Source: a virus (taxonomy: Duplodnaviria > Caudoviricetes). Taken from it: a stretch of 57,095 bases of DNA. Shown here one piece after another: positions 30,101 to 40,311 of this stretch. Where the stretch lies: IMG/VR virus record IMGVR_UViG_3300032247_001291, positions 1 through 57,095 of that record; one strand, 5' to 3'. The stretch's first letter is position 1, and each line of letters begins with the position of its first letter. The notes below the pieces were generated by a model, which saw only the letters and a program-made list of their open reading frames with translations, made no database searches and was not told where the DNA came from. The translations under genes and the position numbers were made by a program.

Positions 30101-31575
30101 GATTCATCAACATAATCTGTTAAATTATAATTGATATAAAATTTAACATTTTTTCTCATAGTATCTTTAAGTATGCTTGAAGATATATTGCTTACATTAG
30201 AAAAGATTGGAATTGGATTTGTTATATCTCCAAGCGGAATAGATGATAAAGTAATTGTTGCGTCATCTGTCACAAGGGACGATATTGGCAAATAAGTATC
30301 TTTACCATCTAAAGATTTATTTACGGAAACATCAATAACATAAGGAGTTAAATCAACTTCTAATCTTGGAGAAACTTCAACTACTTGCAACAAACCCATA
30401 TCATTTAACACCTGCTCATTATTAGTATTAAAAACTGTTGATCTAGCATTAGCTATAATTCCAGTTACAGTTATGCTTTTAATATAAACATAATTAGTTA
30501 TATCTCCAGAACTATTAAATCCTGGCATTGTGCTCCAACGATCTAATGTTAAAGATCCATTGTTTAGATATAAAACAATAGTGCCGTTATCTGCTGGATC
30601 AATTGTATTTGATGTGATTGTTGTGTTATCTGTTTTTGTAATTGTTACCGTTACTCCAGGCAAAGCTAGATATGCATTTAATTTTATAACAACTTTATTC
30701 ATTGCAACTGGTGTTGAATAAAAACCAGTTATGCTAGGGTTATCTACATTGTCTGATATAAAATATTTATAAGATGAAATATCTGTCATTAATCCGCTTT
30801 TGTAAACTGGCAGCGGGGACGATGCATGGAAAAAACTTGGATTGCATGTTATTGGACTAACTGGCATGTAAAATGGATCTGTGTACCCTTTCAACAAGCT
30901 TGTGTTAGTAACTTTTCTATAGTTAGTTGGAAAACTATAATTTGCATTTCCAGTTGAAACATAAGATTCTCCTGGCCTAAATGATGTAAAAGCTGTGTCA
31001 GTGGAATACACAGAACCATATTTGTAATCAAAAGAAGTTGTTGCATATACTTCTGGCTTTGTATAATAAATAATTGGATTTTCTGTTTTTGTACTAAACT
31101 TATTAAATATAAGATTGTATGTAAATTCAGATATATCTTGTTCTGCACCTATATAAGTTTCTAGCTTGGTCCAGTTATAAGAATTAGCTTCTATGTTATG
31201 AGATCCAAATTGTCTGTCTCCCGTTCCTTTTGCATACGCATTTACCATAATTGCGGTACTAGAGCTAGTAGTAACATATGTAATTATTTTAAATGCTGGT
31301 GAAGCTACTGAAGGAGTTGAGGTATATTCAATTTTATCATTTAAACCAGTCATTTGAAAACTAAAAGTATCAAAATAAGGATGCTTATTTGAATCTGTTA
31401 CGGCAGTGATATTATTTGATATTGTTGATATATCTACAGAAGTTCCATCACCAGCAACAGTAATATATGGAGCATTAAAAATGTTTTGATTCCATTCAGC
31501 AGAAATCAAAGGAAGCATTTTTATAGAAGTTGATTTTAAGAAAACATCATTACTAACACCAGATACGGATAACAA
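27112..31575 (-). CDS. Large minor tail / baseplate hub protein
   Basis: Position after the distal tail gene; IDNYGVMKF and C-terminal FGNPLIEVGDVI hub motifs. Confidence 0.75.
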   Translation of the reverse strand: MLSVSGVSNDVFLKSTSIKMLPLISAEWNQNIFNAPYITVAGDGTSVDISTISNNITAVTDSNKHPYFDTFSFQMTGLNDKIEYTSTPSVASPAFKIITYVTTSSSTAIMVNAYAKGTGDRQFGSHNIEANSYNWTKLETYIGAEQDISEFTYNLIFNKFSTKTENPIIYYTKPEVYATTSFDYKYGSVYSTDTAFTSFRPGESYVSTGNANYSFPTNYRKVTNTSLLKGYTDPFYMPVSPITCNPSFFHASSPLPVYKSGLMTDISSYKYFISDNVDNPSITGFYSTPVAMNKVVIKLNAYLALPGVTVTITKTDNTTITSNTIDPADNGTIVLYLNNGSLTLDRWSTMPGFNSSGDITNYVYIKSITVTGIIANARSTVFNTNNEQVLNDMGLLQVVEVSPRLEVDLTPYVIDVSVNKSLDGKDTYLPISSLVTDDATITLSSIPLGDITNPIPIFSNVSNISSSILKDTMRKNVKFYINYNLTDYVDESYVDQVVNKIIPGGVWYSDTWQQNDIDTVSVQCYDVTRYLQSTPVTDYVANFKDAFSVITNILDLTGFTDYDIDSLYKVCYDHSSPLTMDYYFCNSKDSTLVDALNQIFLPYQIGAYIDNYGVMKFLSLSNILEKQQSSTNFNLDEKVVLQNGYTINNKSKPGKISLRYQVPKLKQSLSLQNVKNPDIKIGPSYIYTTSNDVVWSQQSVDSVGLNYLAADMKFDDNKFSINQSDLLDSFHTFNLNNDGYAVIEDEIVSFVYKEYKISQTSNSSVSVTVSVKNDLELSAEVDKFVKDNNIGLRPSVGVVTAASPTTVTVKNQTKKATSYTTTANPFVDLNNSLLSVPHPISSFALGDFVFVSGMKPESLNGYGEVVATGTHSFTIITGSDDSMDTDWANKGRVSKGYDYDITIEPTGNITNINRGMFGTNVSDHKIIDNLISKGLSASLLSPSQVLSVQSNNYSIVKKIDDPNSTTSPKAQIPYYYIQIKPDAANKVLLYPTNDVDTDYTTFSTKFNFNAINNLCSGGLFFNMDLNNTDGTYFVELVQSNMGTTEIPNYIYGIIVYKIDSGNPSIIAYTNVTGLVYNIKNNFEKLYYKNTNKTSLKSDNSNLYILYDDPHEALHLRFTLVPFDNAEDGEGVPGESTNNGDGVIFSVFLNNFEVNGWQVPSGDSWTNTDKNTITGLRKKVIINPMGSMEAKFGAFMSANPPTIPNQDSLLYPESSDWISSGASSTGVGFIREIYASEKVLKERNVNYYFQDREFLNAMIQGQRTFSSYKEYIMQTQPEIVGINTYDVQYTNGAAVSVDVLPVEYAWFYYPGNTLLEQKFLQHQVVDEYSASYSTPINTGFRGKFAVVNNSSHMVYLKKDSDELNAFVVNLNLWTHEIVVPSDPEIIEFVTDPGNIGEVVQLDSSFIQSKNAANKLLKLVSAGLDNFSKDVSLNIFGNPLIEVGDVIGLTYPLMGINAQKYIVHSVSNTYNNGLSTKLTLNMLNRGINK

Positions 31576-32085
31576 TTAAACCTCCGTAAACTGCATAGAT
31601 ACGTCAACATAGTCAAGAAATGTTAATCTTTTGGCTATTGTATATTTAAAGTCTGTCATAAATACTTGTATTATTTGTGTACTGTCAATTGACAAAGTTT
31701 GTTTTTGAGAAGATGAATGATTAGTTCCAGTAGTGTTATCAGTTGCAAAAGTCAACTTTAACCAAACTGGTCTAAGGACATAGGCATCATAAAATGCTTT
31801 CATAAATCCTCCGCCCATTTTTCCATCTACTGTTGGTGGATGTTGAAAATTTATTGAAAGATCAGAGTTTTGTTGTTGAGTTGCTGTTGGCAATGCTTGC
31901 CAACTTGTATCATATATAGCTTTATTAGCAACAACAAATTTTCTCATAGTACCATTTGCCATGCGCTGGACCTGTTCAATTCTTTGCGGGGCATATTGAA
32001 TAGGTTGTCTATTGTGATCTGTTAGATCATACCAAGTAGTTTTGTCTAAAGATAAAGATAATCCTGTGTGTATGCTGTAACTCAT
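31576..32085 (-). CDS. Distal tail-like protein
   Basis: Follows the tape measure gene; RMANGTMRK...SW...EV C-terminus. Confidence 0.65.
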   Translation of the reverse strand: MSYSIHTGLSLSLDKTTWYDLTDHNRQPIQYAPQRIEQVQRMANGTMRKFVVANKAIYDTSWQALPTATQQQNSDLSINFQHPPTVDGKMGGGFMKAFYDAYVLRPVWLKLTFATDNTTGTNHSSSQKQTLSIDSTQIIQVFMTDFKYTIAKRLTFLDYVDVSMQFTEV

Positions 32086-35000
32086 TATGGACCTACCTTG
32101 TTTGATTTATTTGATTTTGCAGAAGCAACTCCAATTGCTTTTGTAACTGCATCAGTTATTCCTGGGACAAGCTGTTTAGGATCTGTTATTCCACTAGCAT
32201 TTACTGTTAGATTTAACGTCATTCCAGAAGTTGAAGAAGATGATGCATCTGTTGAATTAGGTGCTTTAGATGAAACTGAAACAATTGGCTTTGGTGCAGT
32301 AAATGTTGGTAAATTGTAACCAGATTTAAATCCTGCAACCGACATTGGAGATAGCGATGGTTTAGTTGGTTTAAAAGCAGATATACTAGATGGATTTAGA
32401 TTTGTGGCTTTCCCAACAGCAACATTTGGTGTGCCCTGCCAAGGGACATTTCCTGGGCCAAATGGTTTATCCACACTTGGTTGAATTTTTGGCATATGCG
32501 AAAGATAATTAGCTTCGGCTGCTTGCGCTGCTTTTATATCTAATAATAAAGATGCAGAAGCACTAGATAATGCAGCAGCAGCTGAATTTAATGTATCTTG
32601 AAGTTGAGTTAATGTATCGTTTAAGTTATTTAAAATAGTTTGTTGCGCATCAACTTTTGCCTGTTGCGCATCTATAGCTTTTTGTTGACTATACTCTGCA
32701 GTGTTTTTACCTTGTTGTTGTTTAAGTTGCGCTGCTACTAAATAATTACCACTTATTTCAGCAGTTTTTATTTGTTGAGTTAAGTCTGTTTGTTTATTTA
32801 AATAATCATTCTGCTGTTTAATAGTGTTTGCTTGTTGCTGCATAACTTTAAGCTGTTCATCTAATTGTTTTTTAACATTATTTTGTTCTTTTATTTGTTG
32901 TTTAATTCCAGCAATTTTATCAGAAGTACCAGCAGTTCCAGATTTAGCTTCTGCTGCTTTGGCTGCTTGATATTTTGCTTGCAATCCTGCAATATTTGAA
33001 TCAAATGCAGCTTTAACAGCTTTTGGATCATTAAGTGCTCCTATTAAATTAGAAGAATTAGTACTAACAAATCCAGAAATATCTGCACCTGCTCCAGCCA
33101 TAGCTTGCAATTGAGTTATTACAGAAACAGCTGTCTTGCCGTGCCCAACTAGTTTTGATACTGAATCTATAAGAGCAGTCATTTTTGTATCGCCAGCTTG
33201 TTTAGCACCTAATTGCAAAAGATTAAATTGCTTTACACCATCTCCAGCAAATCCTTGAATTCCTTTTAATACTTTAGAAATATTATTTCCTTTAATTGCA
33301 CCAGTTCCTAATGCATTAGCTACAGAATACATAGAGTCAGCATAAATTTTACCATTTGCTGATAGGTCTTTATAATTTTTAACTTGTCTATCGTATATCT
33401 GTGATGCTGAATCTAATTTAGAAACATAAGTTGTTACTGATGTTGTTAAATCTTTATTTCCTTTTGTAATTTCATTAACTGCTGCTGGTATTAAATTGAG
33501 TTGTCCAGTATATGTTAAAATAGCTTTTGTCATAGATTCTACATTTTTAGGATCCATCCCAGATACAACTTGTGCTGCTACAAATGATTTTAATGTTCCA
33601 ATAGCAGATGAAGATGGAAGCTTCTTTATATAATCCGCCATCTTTTTAAGTGGATCATCATCTTTTAATTGTTTAATATTTAATGCTAATTGTTTTTCAC
33701 TTTTTCCTAAAGAATTATTAAACAAAGTTATTGCTGTTGTGCTTGCACTAAATGAATTTTTAATTGCTGCTTGATGCTCAACAGCATCTTTTTTAATTTT
33801 TCCAAACCACCAAGAAGCACCTTTAAGTGCAACTATTACTCCGCCAATTACTAATGCTGCTCCACTAGAAGCACCAAGCATCATGGCCATTCCAGCCATA
33901 GAGGCACCAGAACTTAATGCTCCTTTGGCAGCTCCTATATCTGTGCCACCAATTTTAGAAGGTATTGAATTAAGTATCATTGGTGCAACCATTCCAATAC
34001 CAGTTCCAGTTCCCATCCTCATCATGCCGCTCATGCGTGATTCGGCTATTGCTGCTTCGCTAACAGGGGCAGATCTGGAACCAAATTTCCAAATATTAGA
34101 CAAAGTGCCCATTGAAGAAGCTAAAGCTCCACCATTTGCATAACCAGATATAGATCCGCCTGCGTTAAAACCTTTCATGCCTTTTGTATGAGGAGCGCTA
34201 TAAGAATGGCGGTTTATTCCAAGAGAAGATCTCATTTTTCTCGTTTGACCACGATAAACATCTGACGCCGTGTAAGAATATACTGGAGATCTTCTATGGT
34301 GTGCTCCTATTGCACCACCTTTAGCCAAACTTTGAACCCCAGACCAAGCTGGCTGTGTAGTATGTAAAAATAATTCGCTGCCCTCGCCTTTAAACGTATC
34401 AGCACTTATAGTGTATGGGGTTCCGTTTAAACTAACAATAATATCATTGTATTTAGTGCCTCTACCTTGAGTCTTTTTTTGCCCTTTGCTATTTATATAA
34501 GATCTTCTTTGTGCTGGACCAGATCTAAAAACTGGCATAGAATTAGAAAATTGCATAAAGCCTGTTGCAATTTCTGGGTCTCTTTTTAGCAAGCTTTCCA
34601 TCTCATGCAAAACTACATCTGCATAGGGATTATTACCGTCTCCTATAATTCTACCTTTAATTGATTGTAAATATCTATCTGATATTCTAGTTTTTAGTTG
34701 TTCCGCTTCTATTGTTGATATTTTCTTACTGCGAACTAACAAATCTATAAACGAATCAAAACTTCCAGAAACTTTTCCAGTAGTAGATTTAATCATTTCT
34801 CCAAAAGCAGTTCCATCCATAGAATTTGCTTTAAGTGCACTATTAACTTGTGTAGGAGATTTGTATCCTTCAATTTTATCAACTTGTTCTCTTGATAATT
34901 TAATGCCCCAAGGAGAAGTTGTATCTACAACATGGGCTGGGTCTACTATCTTTTTTATATAACCTTTTAATACTGCTTCTGCGTGACTTATTGTTTTTGC

Positions 35001-37544
35001 TGCATATGAGCCACTTGATTCTACTATAGGTTTTCTTCTTAGATAACTTAAAAGACCACCTCTTTTTATTTCTGCTGTGGCCTTGCCAGCTAAGCTTGTT
35101 GGGAGATTGCCTTCTCTTATTGCTTTTAATACTAAAGCTGCCGTTGCTTCGGGATTTCCATAATTATTTTTAAATGCAGATATTGCTCCACCAATTTTAT
35201 TACCACTATTTGCAGAATGCAAAAGAGAATAATTTGCAGATGTTGTTGCGGGATCAAATACTGTTTCTCCTGGAGTTAGCATTGCAAGCATATTTCCACC
35301 GCTATTAAATCTTGGTATAGATGCTAATTCGGGATTTGCTTGGCTTGCTTTTTTATTTAATACAAAACCACCTTTTGGAACACTTGCTAATACAGAATCG
35401 TAATTTACATTTGAAGGTCCTGGAACGACTGAACCATGTTTTGATGGATCATATATTGAACCTCCAGATGAGAATCCTGGTATTCCTCCGCCAAGATTTC
35501 TTTTTACAATTGGTAAGAACTTTGCAGCGGATGGAGCTAAAGCTGTTCCTATTGCAGACAATCCAGATCCACCCATAGCAGATGTTTGTGCCATAGTTAA
35601 TAATTTAAATTGATCTGTTAGTAATACTATTTCATTTCTTAAAATTTCAAAAGCTTTAGCATTTGTTGTAATTGCTTCTGGCATAAGATCCATTTGATTT
35701 CTTGCTGCAATTACACTTGTATCTAATTCTTGATAAAAATTACGCATTCCATGAAGGCCTGCTAGAAATACATTTTCTCCAGATGTTGCAGATTCCATGC
35801 CCTGCTTAAACATTCGTATTGCATTTGCCCCACGTAATATATTACCTATTAAGTTTGAAAATAAACCAACAAGCATTATAACTGGACCAGCTATAAGTAA
35901 CCCAGCTGCACCAGTTCCAAAAATTTTTCCAAACAAAGATGCTGCGGGTCCAAGAAGATTAGAAAAACTTCTAAAAGCAGAAACTATTTTATCTAAAACA
36001 TTACCAATCTTTGTAAATGATTCTAAGAAACTTTGTCCAATAGGCAATAAATCTGCTTTTATAGTTTCTGTCATTCTCTTAAACTTACCGCTTGCAGATT
36101 CGGTTTGCTGCTTTAATTCGTTTGTTGCAACTTTTGCTAAATCTGTAGTTGATGCATTCATTAATTGAAATACTGTTGCTGTCTGACTTCCTGCTTTATT
36201 AATATTATCTAATAAAGCTTGGATTCTTGCATATTGGAACTTGCCAAACATTTTTTCAATAAGTTGTGCTTGAGCTAAACGATTTAATCCTTTTAGTTCA
36301 CTTGACAAAGCTCTTAACATCATTATTGGATTTCCACCAGTTTCTGATGCTATGTTTTTTAAATTAATATTGTATGCAGCAAAAGCTTTTACAGCTGCTG
36401 TGGTTGGGTTTATAAGTGATGAAAGTGCAGACTTAATTGCATTTGCACCTTGTGCTGCTGGCACTCCAGCTTCTTTCATGGCAACCATCATAGCTGCTGT
36501 ATCTTTGAAAGATCCACCAAGTTGCTGAACAATTGGTCCAACTCTAGGTATTGCATCTACCAAATCTTTAAGTGATGTTGATGTTTGGTTTTCTACAGCG
36601 TTTAAGAAGTTAACTGCTTCTGTTAAACCTTGAGTATTTAACTTGTATACATTTTGTAAAGATATTGTTGCTTGCATTGCTTGTTGATGATCAAGCTCTC
36701 CAAGTGTGGCCATTCTAAGTGCTTGTCTTGTAGCATTAACTAACTGTGCTCCTTGCAAACCAGTAGCTGCCAGATCTGCAGCCATAGAAGCTGTATCTTT
36801 TACCGAAACTCCCAAAGTTTTAGCAAGTTCTGTACCTAAAGCAGTTACATCTGCTCTTATTTGATTTAAAGCTTGTTGAGTAGGCTGTATTAAACCAGTT
36901 CCATAAACTTTTTGCATCCTAGTAAGTTCTTTATCAACTTGCAAGAATGCTTGAGATGCTGAGGCACCAAACATAGCAAGTGGCATCGTCAAACCAACTG
37001 TTAATTGGCGACCCATCCATTGTGTATTTTTACCAAAATTGATAAGCTTCATAGAGCCTTGATTTAAAGCTGTGTTTAAAGCTTGTTGCTGAAATATAAG
37101 TTTTTCTTCTGCTGTAACTACGCCATTAATATCAGTTACAAGCTTTGCATATCCTGGTCTTAATGGATCAGCAATCGCTATAGATCTATTTAATCTTGCC
37201 TGTGCGGTGGCTAATGCATCTATTTCTGCGGATGCACCTTTAGCACTATCCCGCCAAATTTTGTAATAATTGCTTAAGCTTAGTTGACCTTTTGAAAGTT
37301 GTTGACCAAATTTTGTAACACTATCTGTCATTGCAACTTGTTGAATATTGAATGCACGTGTTGATAGAACTGCGCTATCGAATGCTGATTGTGAGGCTTT
37401 TATATCTGCTGTAACATTAGCAGTGAAGGGGCCACCGACAGATGACTTTTGAAGCGAAGTCATTGCAGCTTTAAGTTTAGCTACTTCTGAATAGACTTGT
37501 TGAAATTGTGCATTAGCAACAATGTTTAACTGTATATTATTCAA
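32085..37544 (-). CDS. Tape measure protein
   Basis: 1819 aa, Ala/Gln helical; TP901-type core (GKNTQWMGRQLTVG, ADLAATG); follows the chaperone genes. Confidence 0.92.
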   Translation of the reverse strand: MNNIQLNIVANAQFQQVYSEVAKLKAAMTSLQKSSVGGPFTANVTADIKASQSAFDSAVLSTRAFNIQQVAMTDSVTKFGQQLSKGQLSLSNYYKIWRDSAKGASAEIDALATAQARLNRSIAIADPLRPGYAKLVTDINGVVTAEEKLIFQQQALNTALNQGSMKLINFGKNTQWMGRQLTVGLTMPLAMFGASASQAFLQVDKELTRMQKVYGTGLIQPTQQALNQIRADVTALGTELAKTLGVSVKDTASMAADLAATGLQGAQLVNATRQALRMATLGELDHQQAMQATISLQNVYKLNTQGLTEAVNFLNAVENQTSTSLKDLVDAIPRVGPIVQQLGGSFKDTAAMMVAMKEAGVPAAQGANAIKSALSSLINPTTAAVKAFAAYNINLKNIASETGGNPIMMLRALSSELKGLNRLAQAQLIEKMFGKFQYARIQALLDNINKAGSQTATVFQLMNASTTDLAKVATNELKQQTESASGKFKRMTETIKADLLPIGQSFLESFTKIGNVLDKIVSAFRSFSNLLGPAASLFGKIFGTGAAGLLIAGPVIMLVGLFSNLIGNILRGANAIRMFKQGMESATSGENVFLAGLHGMRNFYQELDTSVIAARNQMDLMPEAITTNAKAFEILRNEIVLLTDQFKLLTMAQTSAMGGSGLSAIGTALAPSAAKFLPIVKRNLGGGIPGFSSGGSIYDPSKHGSVVPGPSNVNYDSVLASVPKGGFVLNKKASQANPELASIPRFNSGGNMLAMLTPGETVFDPATTSANYSLLHSANSGNKIGGAISAFKNNYGNPEATAALVLKAIREGNLPTSLAGKATAEIKRGGLLSYLRRKPIVESSGSYAAKTISHAEAVLKGYIKKIVDPAHVVDTTSPWGIKLSREQVDKIEGYKSPTQVNSALKANSMDGTAFGEMIKSTTGKVSGSFDSFIDLLVRSKKISTIEAEQLKTRISDRYLQSIKGRIIGDGNNPYADVVLHEMESLLKRDPEIATGFMQFSNSMPVFRSGPAQRRSYINSKGQKKTQGRGTKYNDIIVSLNGTPYTISADTFKGEGSELFLHTTQPAWSGVQSLAKGGAIGAHHRRSPVYSYTASDVYRGQTRKMRSSLGINRHSYSAPHTKGMKGFNAGGSISGYANGGALASSMGTLSNIWKFGSRSAPVSEAAIAESRMSGMMRMGTGTGIGMVAPMILNSIPSKIGGTDIGAAKGALSSGASMAGMAMMLGASSGAALVIGGVIVALKGASWWFGKIKKDAVEHQAAIKNSFSASTTAITLFNNSLGKSEKQLALNIKQLKDDDPLKKMADYIKKLPSSSAIGTLKSFVAAQVVSGMDPKNVESMTKAILTYTGQLNLIPAAVNEITKGNKDLTTSVTTYVSKLDSASQIYDRQVKNYKDLSANGKIYADSMYSVANALGTGAIKGNNISKVLKGIQGFAGDGVKQFNLLQLGAKQAGDTKMTALIDSVSKLVGHGKTAVSVITQLQAMAGAGADISGFVSTNSSNLIGALNDPKAVKAAFDSNIAGLQAKYQAAKAAEAKSGTAGTSDKIAGIKQQIKEQNNVKKQLDEQLKVMQQQANTIKQQNDYLNKQTDLTQQIKTAEISGNYLVAAQLKQQQGKNTAEYSQQKAIDAQQAKVDAQQTILNNLNDTLTQLQDTLNSAAAALSSASASLLLDIKAAQAAEANYLSHMPKIQPSVDKPFGPGNVPWQGTPNVAVGKATNLNPSSISAFKPTKPSLSPMSVAGFKSGYNLPTFTAPKPIVSVSSKAPNSTDASSSSTSGMTLNLTVNASGITDPKQLVPGITDAVTKAIGVASAKSNKSNKVGP

Positions 37545-38164
37545 TTAGCCCCCTTCTACAACGTGTCCAAGTCCAAAACCTATACCGAATCCTTCTTGCT
37601 GTGCTCGATAACCTTTAACATTGGCCACATCCTCTTGTTCAGAAGAATCTTCATCTAGATCTGCGCCCTGTAGTGCTGCCTGGAATTTTCTATCCCTACC
37701 TTCTCTATCACGAGAAGCGGAAAGTATTGCAAGCAACTCTTCCATAGACAATGATGATTCAAGATCATCATAATTCTTCCAGATTCCTAGAAGAAAAACT
37801 TCAGATTCTAAAGAGGCGAGATCTAGAGATTCCCAGTTAGATTCGCCTCTAGGAAGTTTGGGTCGTCATTGTTTAACTTTAATCCGCCCGCTATTTCAAG
37901 AATTTTCATAAGAGTTGGAGTTTCAAAATTGTCCTCAAATAAATCTCTATCAGTTGAGAATTCTGGTGCGAACTGCTCCATGCAAATCATTCCAGCAGTA
38001 ACAAACACTTCCATTGCTGCTTCATCTGTATTTGCTGTGCCGTCTTGAATTGGCTTAATTGCCTGTAAGAACTTTTTTAATTTATTAATTTTTAGTGGTT
38101 GTACTGTAATGGCTGTACCATTTGACAACTTGATTTCAAGTGTGTCATATACTGTCGTTGGCAT
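37545..38164 (-). CDS. Tail assembly chaperone, -1 frameshift product (gpGT-like)
   Basis: The -1 frame is open from CCCAAAC through WESLDLASLESEVFLLGIWKNYDDLESSLSMEELL into ORF 37545..37751. Confidence 0.75.
37812..37862 (-). promoter_or_regulatory. Programmed -1 frameshift signal: C CCA AAC plus downstream hairpin
   Basis: Heptamer at 37856-37862, 5-nt spacer, stem AGAGGCGA-ATCTA / TAGAT-C-TCGCCTCT at 37812-37850. Confidence 0.75.
37823..38164 (-). CDS. Tail assembly chaperone (gpG-like)
   Basis: Between major tail and tape measure genes; ends DPN...; TGATATAAT at 38191-38199. Confidence 0.8.
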   Translation of the reverse strand: MPTTVYDTLEIKLSNGTAITVQPLKINKLKKFLQAIKPIQDGTANTDEAAMEVFVTAGMICMEQFAPEFSTDRDLFEDNFETPTLMKILEIAGGLKLNNDDPNFLEANLTGNL

Positions 38165-38217
38165 TTATTCTCCTTAGTTACCTTATACAAATTATATCAA
38201 AATGGCTATTTAAAACA

Positions 38218-38248
38218 TAAATGCCCCCCTTTTAGTGGGGGACATTTA
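38218..38248 (-). terminator. Terminator hairpin after the major tail gene
   Basis: taaatgccccc...gggggacattta inverted repeat. Confidence 0.6.
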
Positions 38249-38268
38249 TTAGTTGACTATATTAAGTT

Positions 38269-38994
38269 TTAGAGAGATGAATAAACTCTGTCAATAATAA
38301 CGCCATATTCTGCGCCATCATACATATCTCTATCATCTGGTAAGCATCGGAACTGCACTGGGAATACGGTTGCACCGTCACGCTTTAATGCGTGTGATGT
38401 TGTTTCAACCTGTACTACACGACGTGCAACATATACACGCTCTTTTGCAGAACTTGAAGCATCTACTGGAGAGGCTTCTGTTCCAAGATTGGCTGGAGCT
38501 TGTCCAACTGCAACGATAGAACGCTCTACTGGAGCATCGCCAAGAGCACCCGCTGCAAGGCTAAGTGTTGCATTCTTATATCCAGCTGTTGTATCTGTAG
38601 CTGGAGCGAATGGATTATTGTTTGAACCAGTTGAACCACTATAAGTAACAATTGGATTTGATTGACCAAATACCAAGTTTATATTTTCAAGTGTACCCTC
38701 TGTAAGTTCTGTCTTAAGCATGACCTTAACAGTCTGCTTGAAAAGTCTAGCTGCGTCCAAAAGTTGATCAACAGTAACTTCACCATAACCTGGCTCGTAT
38801 GATACCTCAAGACCATTACTTGTATATCCAACGTCTCTCCAATTTGAAGAACCGCTTAAATATCCAGCTGCCTTTTGAGCACCCCAAGCTAAGCCTGAAA
38901 CGTCAATTGTTGTCTGTGGACGACTTGCGTTAGTGCCTGTAGATACGAATACCTGTGCTGCACCAACAATTACATTTTTTACATTTGCTGCCAT
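38269..38994 (-). CDS. Major tail protein
   Basis: NVIVGAA, VGYTSNGLEVSYEP, VDQLLD, FPVQFRCLP; position in the module. Confidence 0.85.
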   Translation of the reverse strand: MAANVKNVIVGAAQVFVSTGTNASRPQTTIDVSGLAWGAQKAAGYLSGSSNWRDVGYTSNGLEVSYEPGYGEVTVDQLLDAARLFKQTVKVMLKTELTEGTLENINLVFGQSNPIVTYSGSTGSNNNPFAPATDTTAGYKNATLSLAAGALGDAPVERSIVAVGQAPANLGTEASPVDASSSAKERVYVARRVVQVETTSHALKRDGATVFPVQFRCLPDDRDMYDGAEYGVIIDRVYSSL

Positions 38995-39082
38995 TTTTTA
39001 TTTCACCACCTTTATTTTTTTAAAGTTTGGCTTAAATCTTCCTCGTAAACCAATAATAACATATTACGCTTATAATACGAAT

Positions 39083-39589
39083 TTAGAACCTGCCATTAGC
39101 CTCTGTTTTTCTTGAATAATTATAAGAAAATACTACGCTTCCTACCTGATATGAGCCTTCTGTTCCAAAGGGTTCTGGAGAAAAAACTGAGTCAATTAAA
39201 ATATGATGATATAAGAAATCGGTATCACCATCTAAATATTTGTTTAAATCTGTGGCACTACTGTCATATCTTCTAAATAAATCTTGGATGAGGCTGGTTA
39301 TTTGATTAATAACTTCATAATTTTGAGAAATTACAGTAAGGGTAAATGATTCTTCATTCATCCACCATTGAACTGGTATTTGCTTTAATTCAAAATCATA
39401 CAACATATAAGTTTTGCCTGGGAGAGATATATTAAATTCTGGGATTTGTTGAGCTGGTACTATGGGAACAAGGGTATAGTCCATATCATCAACTAGATAA
39501 TCATTTACATCTAAAATCCCCGCTTGCATTATTTCATCCCAGATATATTTTCTAATATCAGATGAAGGCTGACTATTATAATTTGTCAT
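39083..39589 (-). CDS. Tail terminator-like protein
   Basis: Acidic; immediately upstream of the major tail gene. Confidence 0.55.
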   Translation of the reverse strand: MTNYNSQPSSDIRKYIWDEIMQAGILDVNDYLVDDMDYTLVPIVPAQQIPEFNISLPGKTYMLYDFELKQIPVQWWMNEESFTLTVISQNYEVINQITSLIQDLFRRYDSSATDLNKYLDGDTDFLYHHILIDSVFSPEPFGTEGSYQVGSVVFSYNYSRKTEANGRF

Positions 39590-40311
39590 ACTACCTCTAC
39601 CTCTCTTGAATATTGTTTTAATAGATTAACTACGGCGGTGGTAACTTGTGCTGCTCCCGCCTTTTGCTGATCTAAAACTTTTGCAGCTTCATTATCTATT
39701 GCTTGAATTATTCCAGATGAAGAGATAATTGAATTAACTTTTGTAGAATACCACAATTTAAAGAATTGTTCAAATGAACCTTTTACCTCTTTGCCACCAG
39801 GATTATAATTTTTTATTACAGTTCCTGCTGCCACAAACCTTATCGAGCCATTATTTGGAAGCGGTATATTTTTAGATGTTCTATATATGACTGGCTTACC
39901 GCTTTCCATCACATTTGCTTTATCTCTAAATACATATTTTGAAGCAACAGATTTTCCTGTTTTTCCTGGCACTGTTAATTCTGGAGCTACTGGTACATTT
40001 TTTTTAGATTGCATAAATCCAGTTTTAATTTTTAAAACTCCATTACTAGAAGATTCTTTATATAAGAAAAAAAGTCTTCCAGATTCTATTCCAGCTTTAT
40101 TCCATTCATATATATGATGATATTTTTTAGGCATTGCTTTTGCTTGCATATTCATAGATTTTACAAAAGCTTTTGCGCTGAGAGTGAAAACCGCATCTCC
40201 CAAAGCAGTTAAAACTTTTTGAGAAGACAAAGCTTTTATTCCACCTATTTTTAAGTCTAATTCTTGTTCTATATTAGTAATATCAAAATTACTTGCTTGC
40301 AGTGCTATCAT
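39586..40311 (-). CDS. Neck/tail completion protein
   Basis: Basic; HHIYEW motif; position in the neck module. Confidence 0.5.
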   Translation of the reverse strand: MIALQASNFDITNIEQELDLKIGGIKALSSQKVLTALGDAVFTLSAKAFVKSMNMQAKAMPKKYHHIYEWNKAGIESGRLFFLYKESSSNGVLKIKTGFMQSKKNVPVAPELTVPGKTGKSVASKYVFRDKANVMESGKPVIYRTSKNIPLPNNGSIRFVAAGTVIKNYNPGGKEVKGSFEQFFKLWYSTKVNSIISSSGIIQAIDNEAAKVLDQQKAGAAQVTTAVVNLLKQYSREVEVV

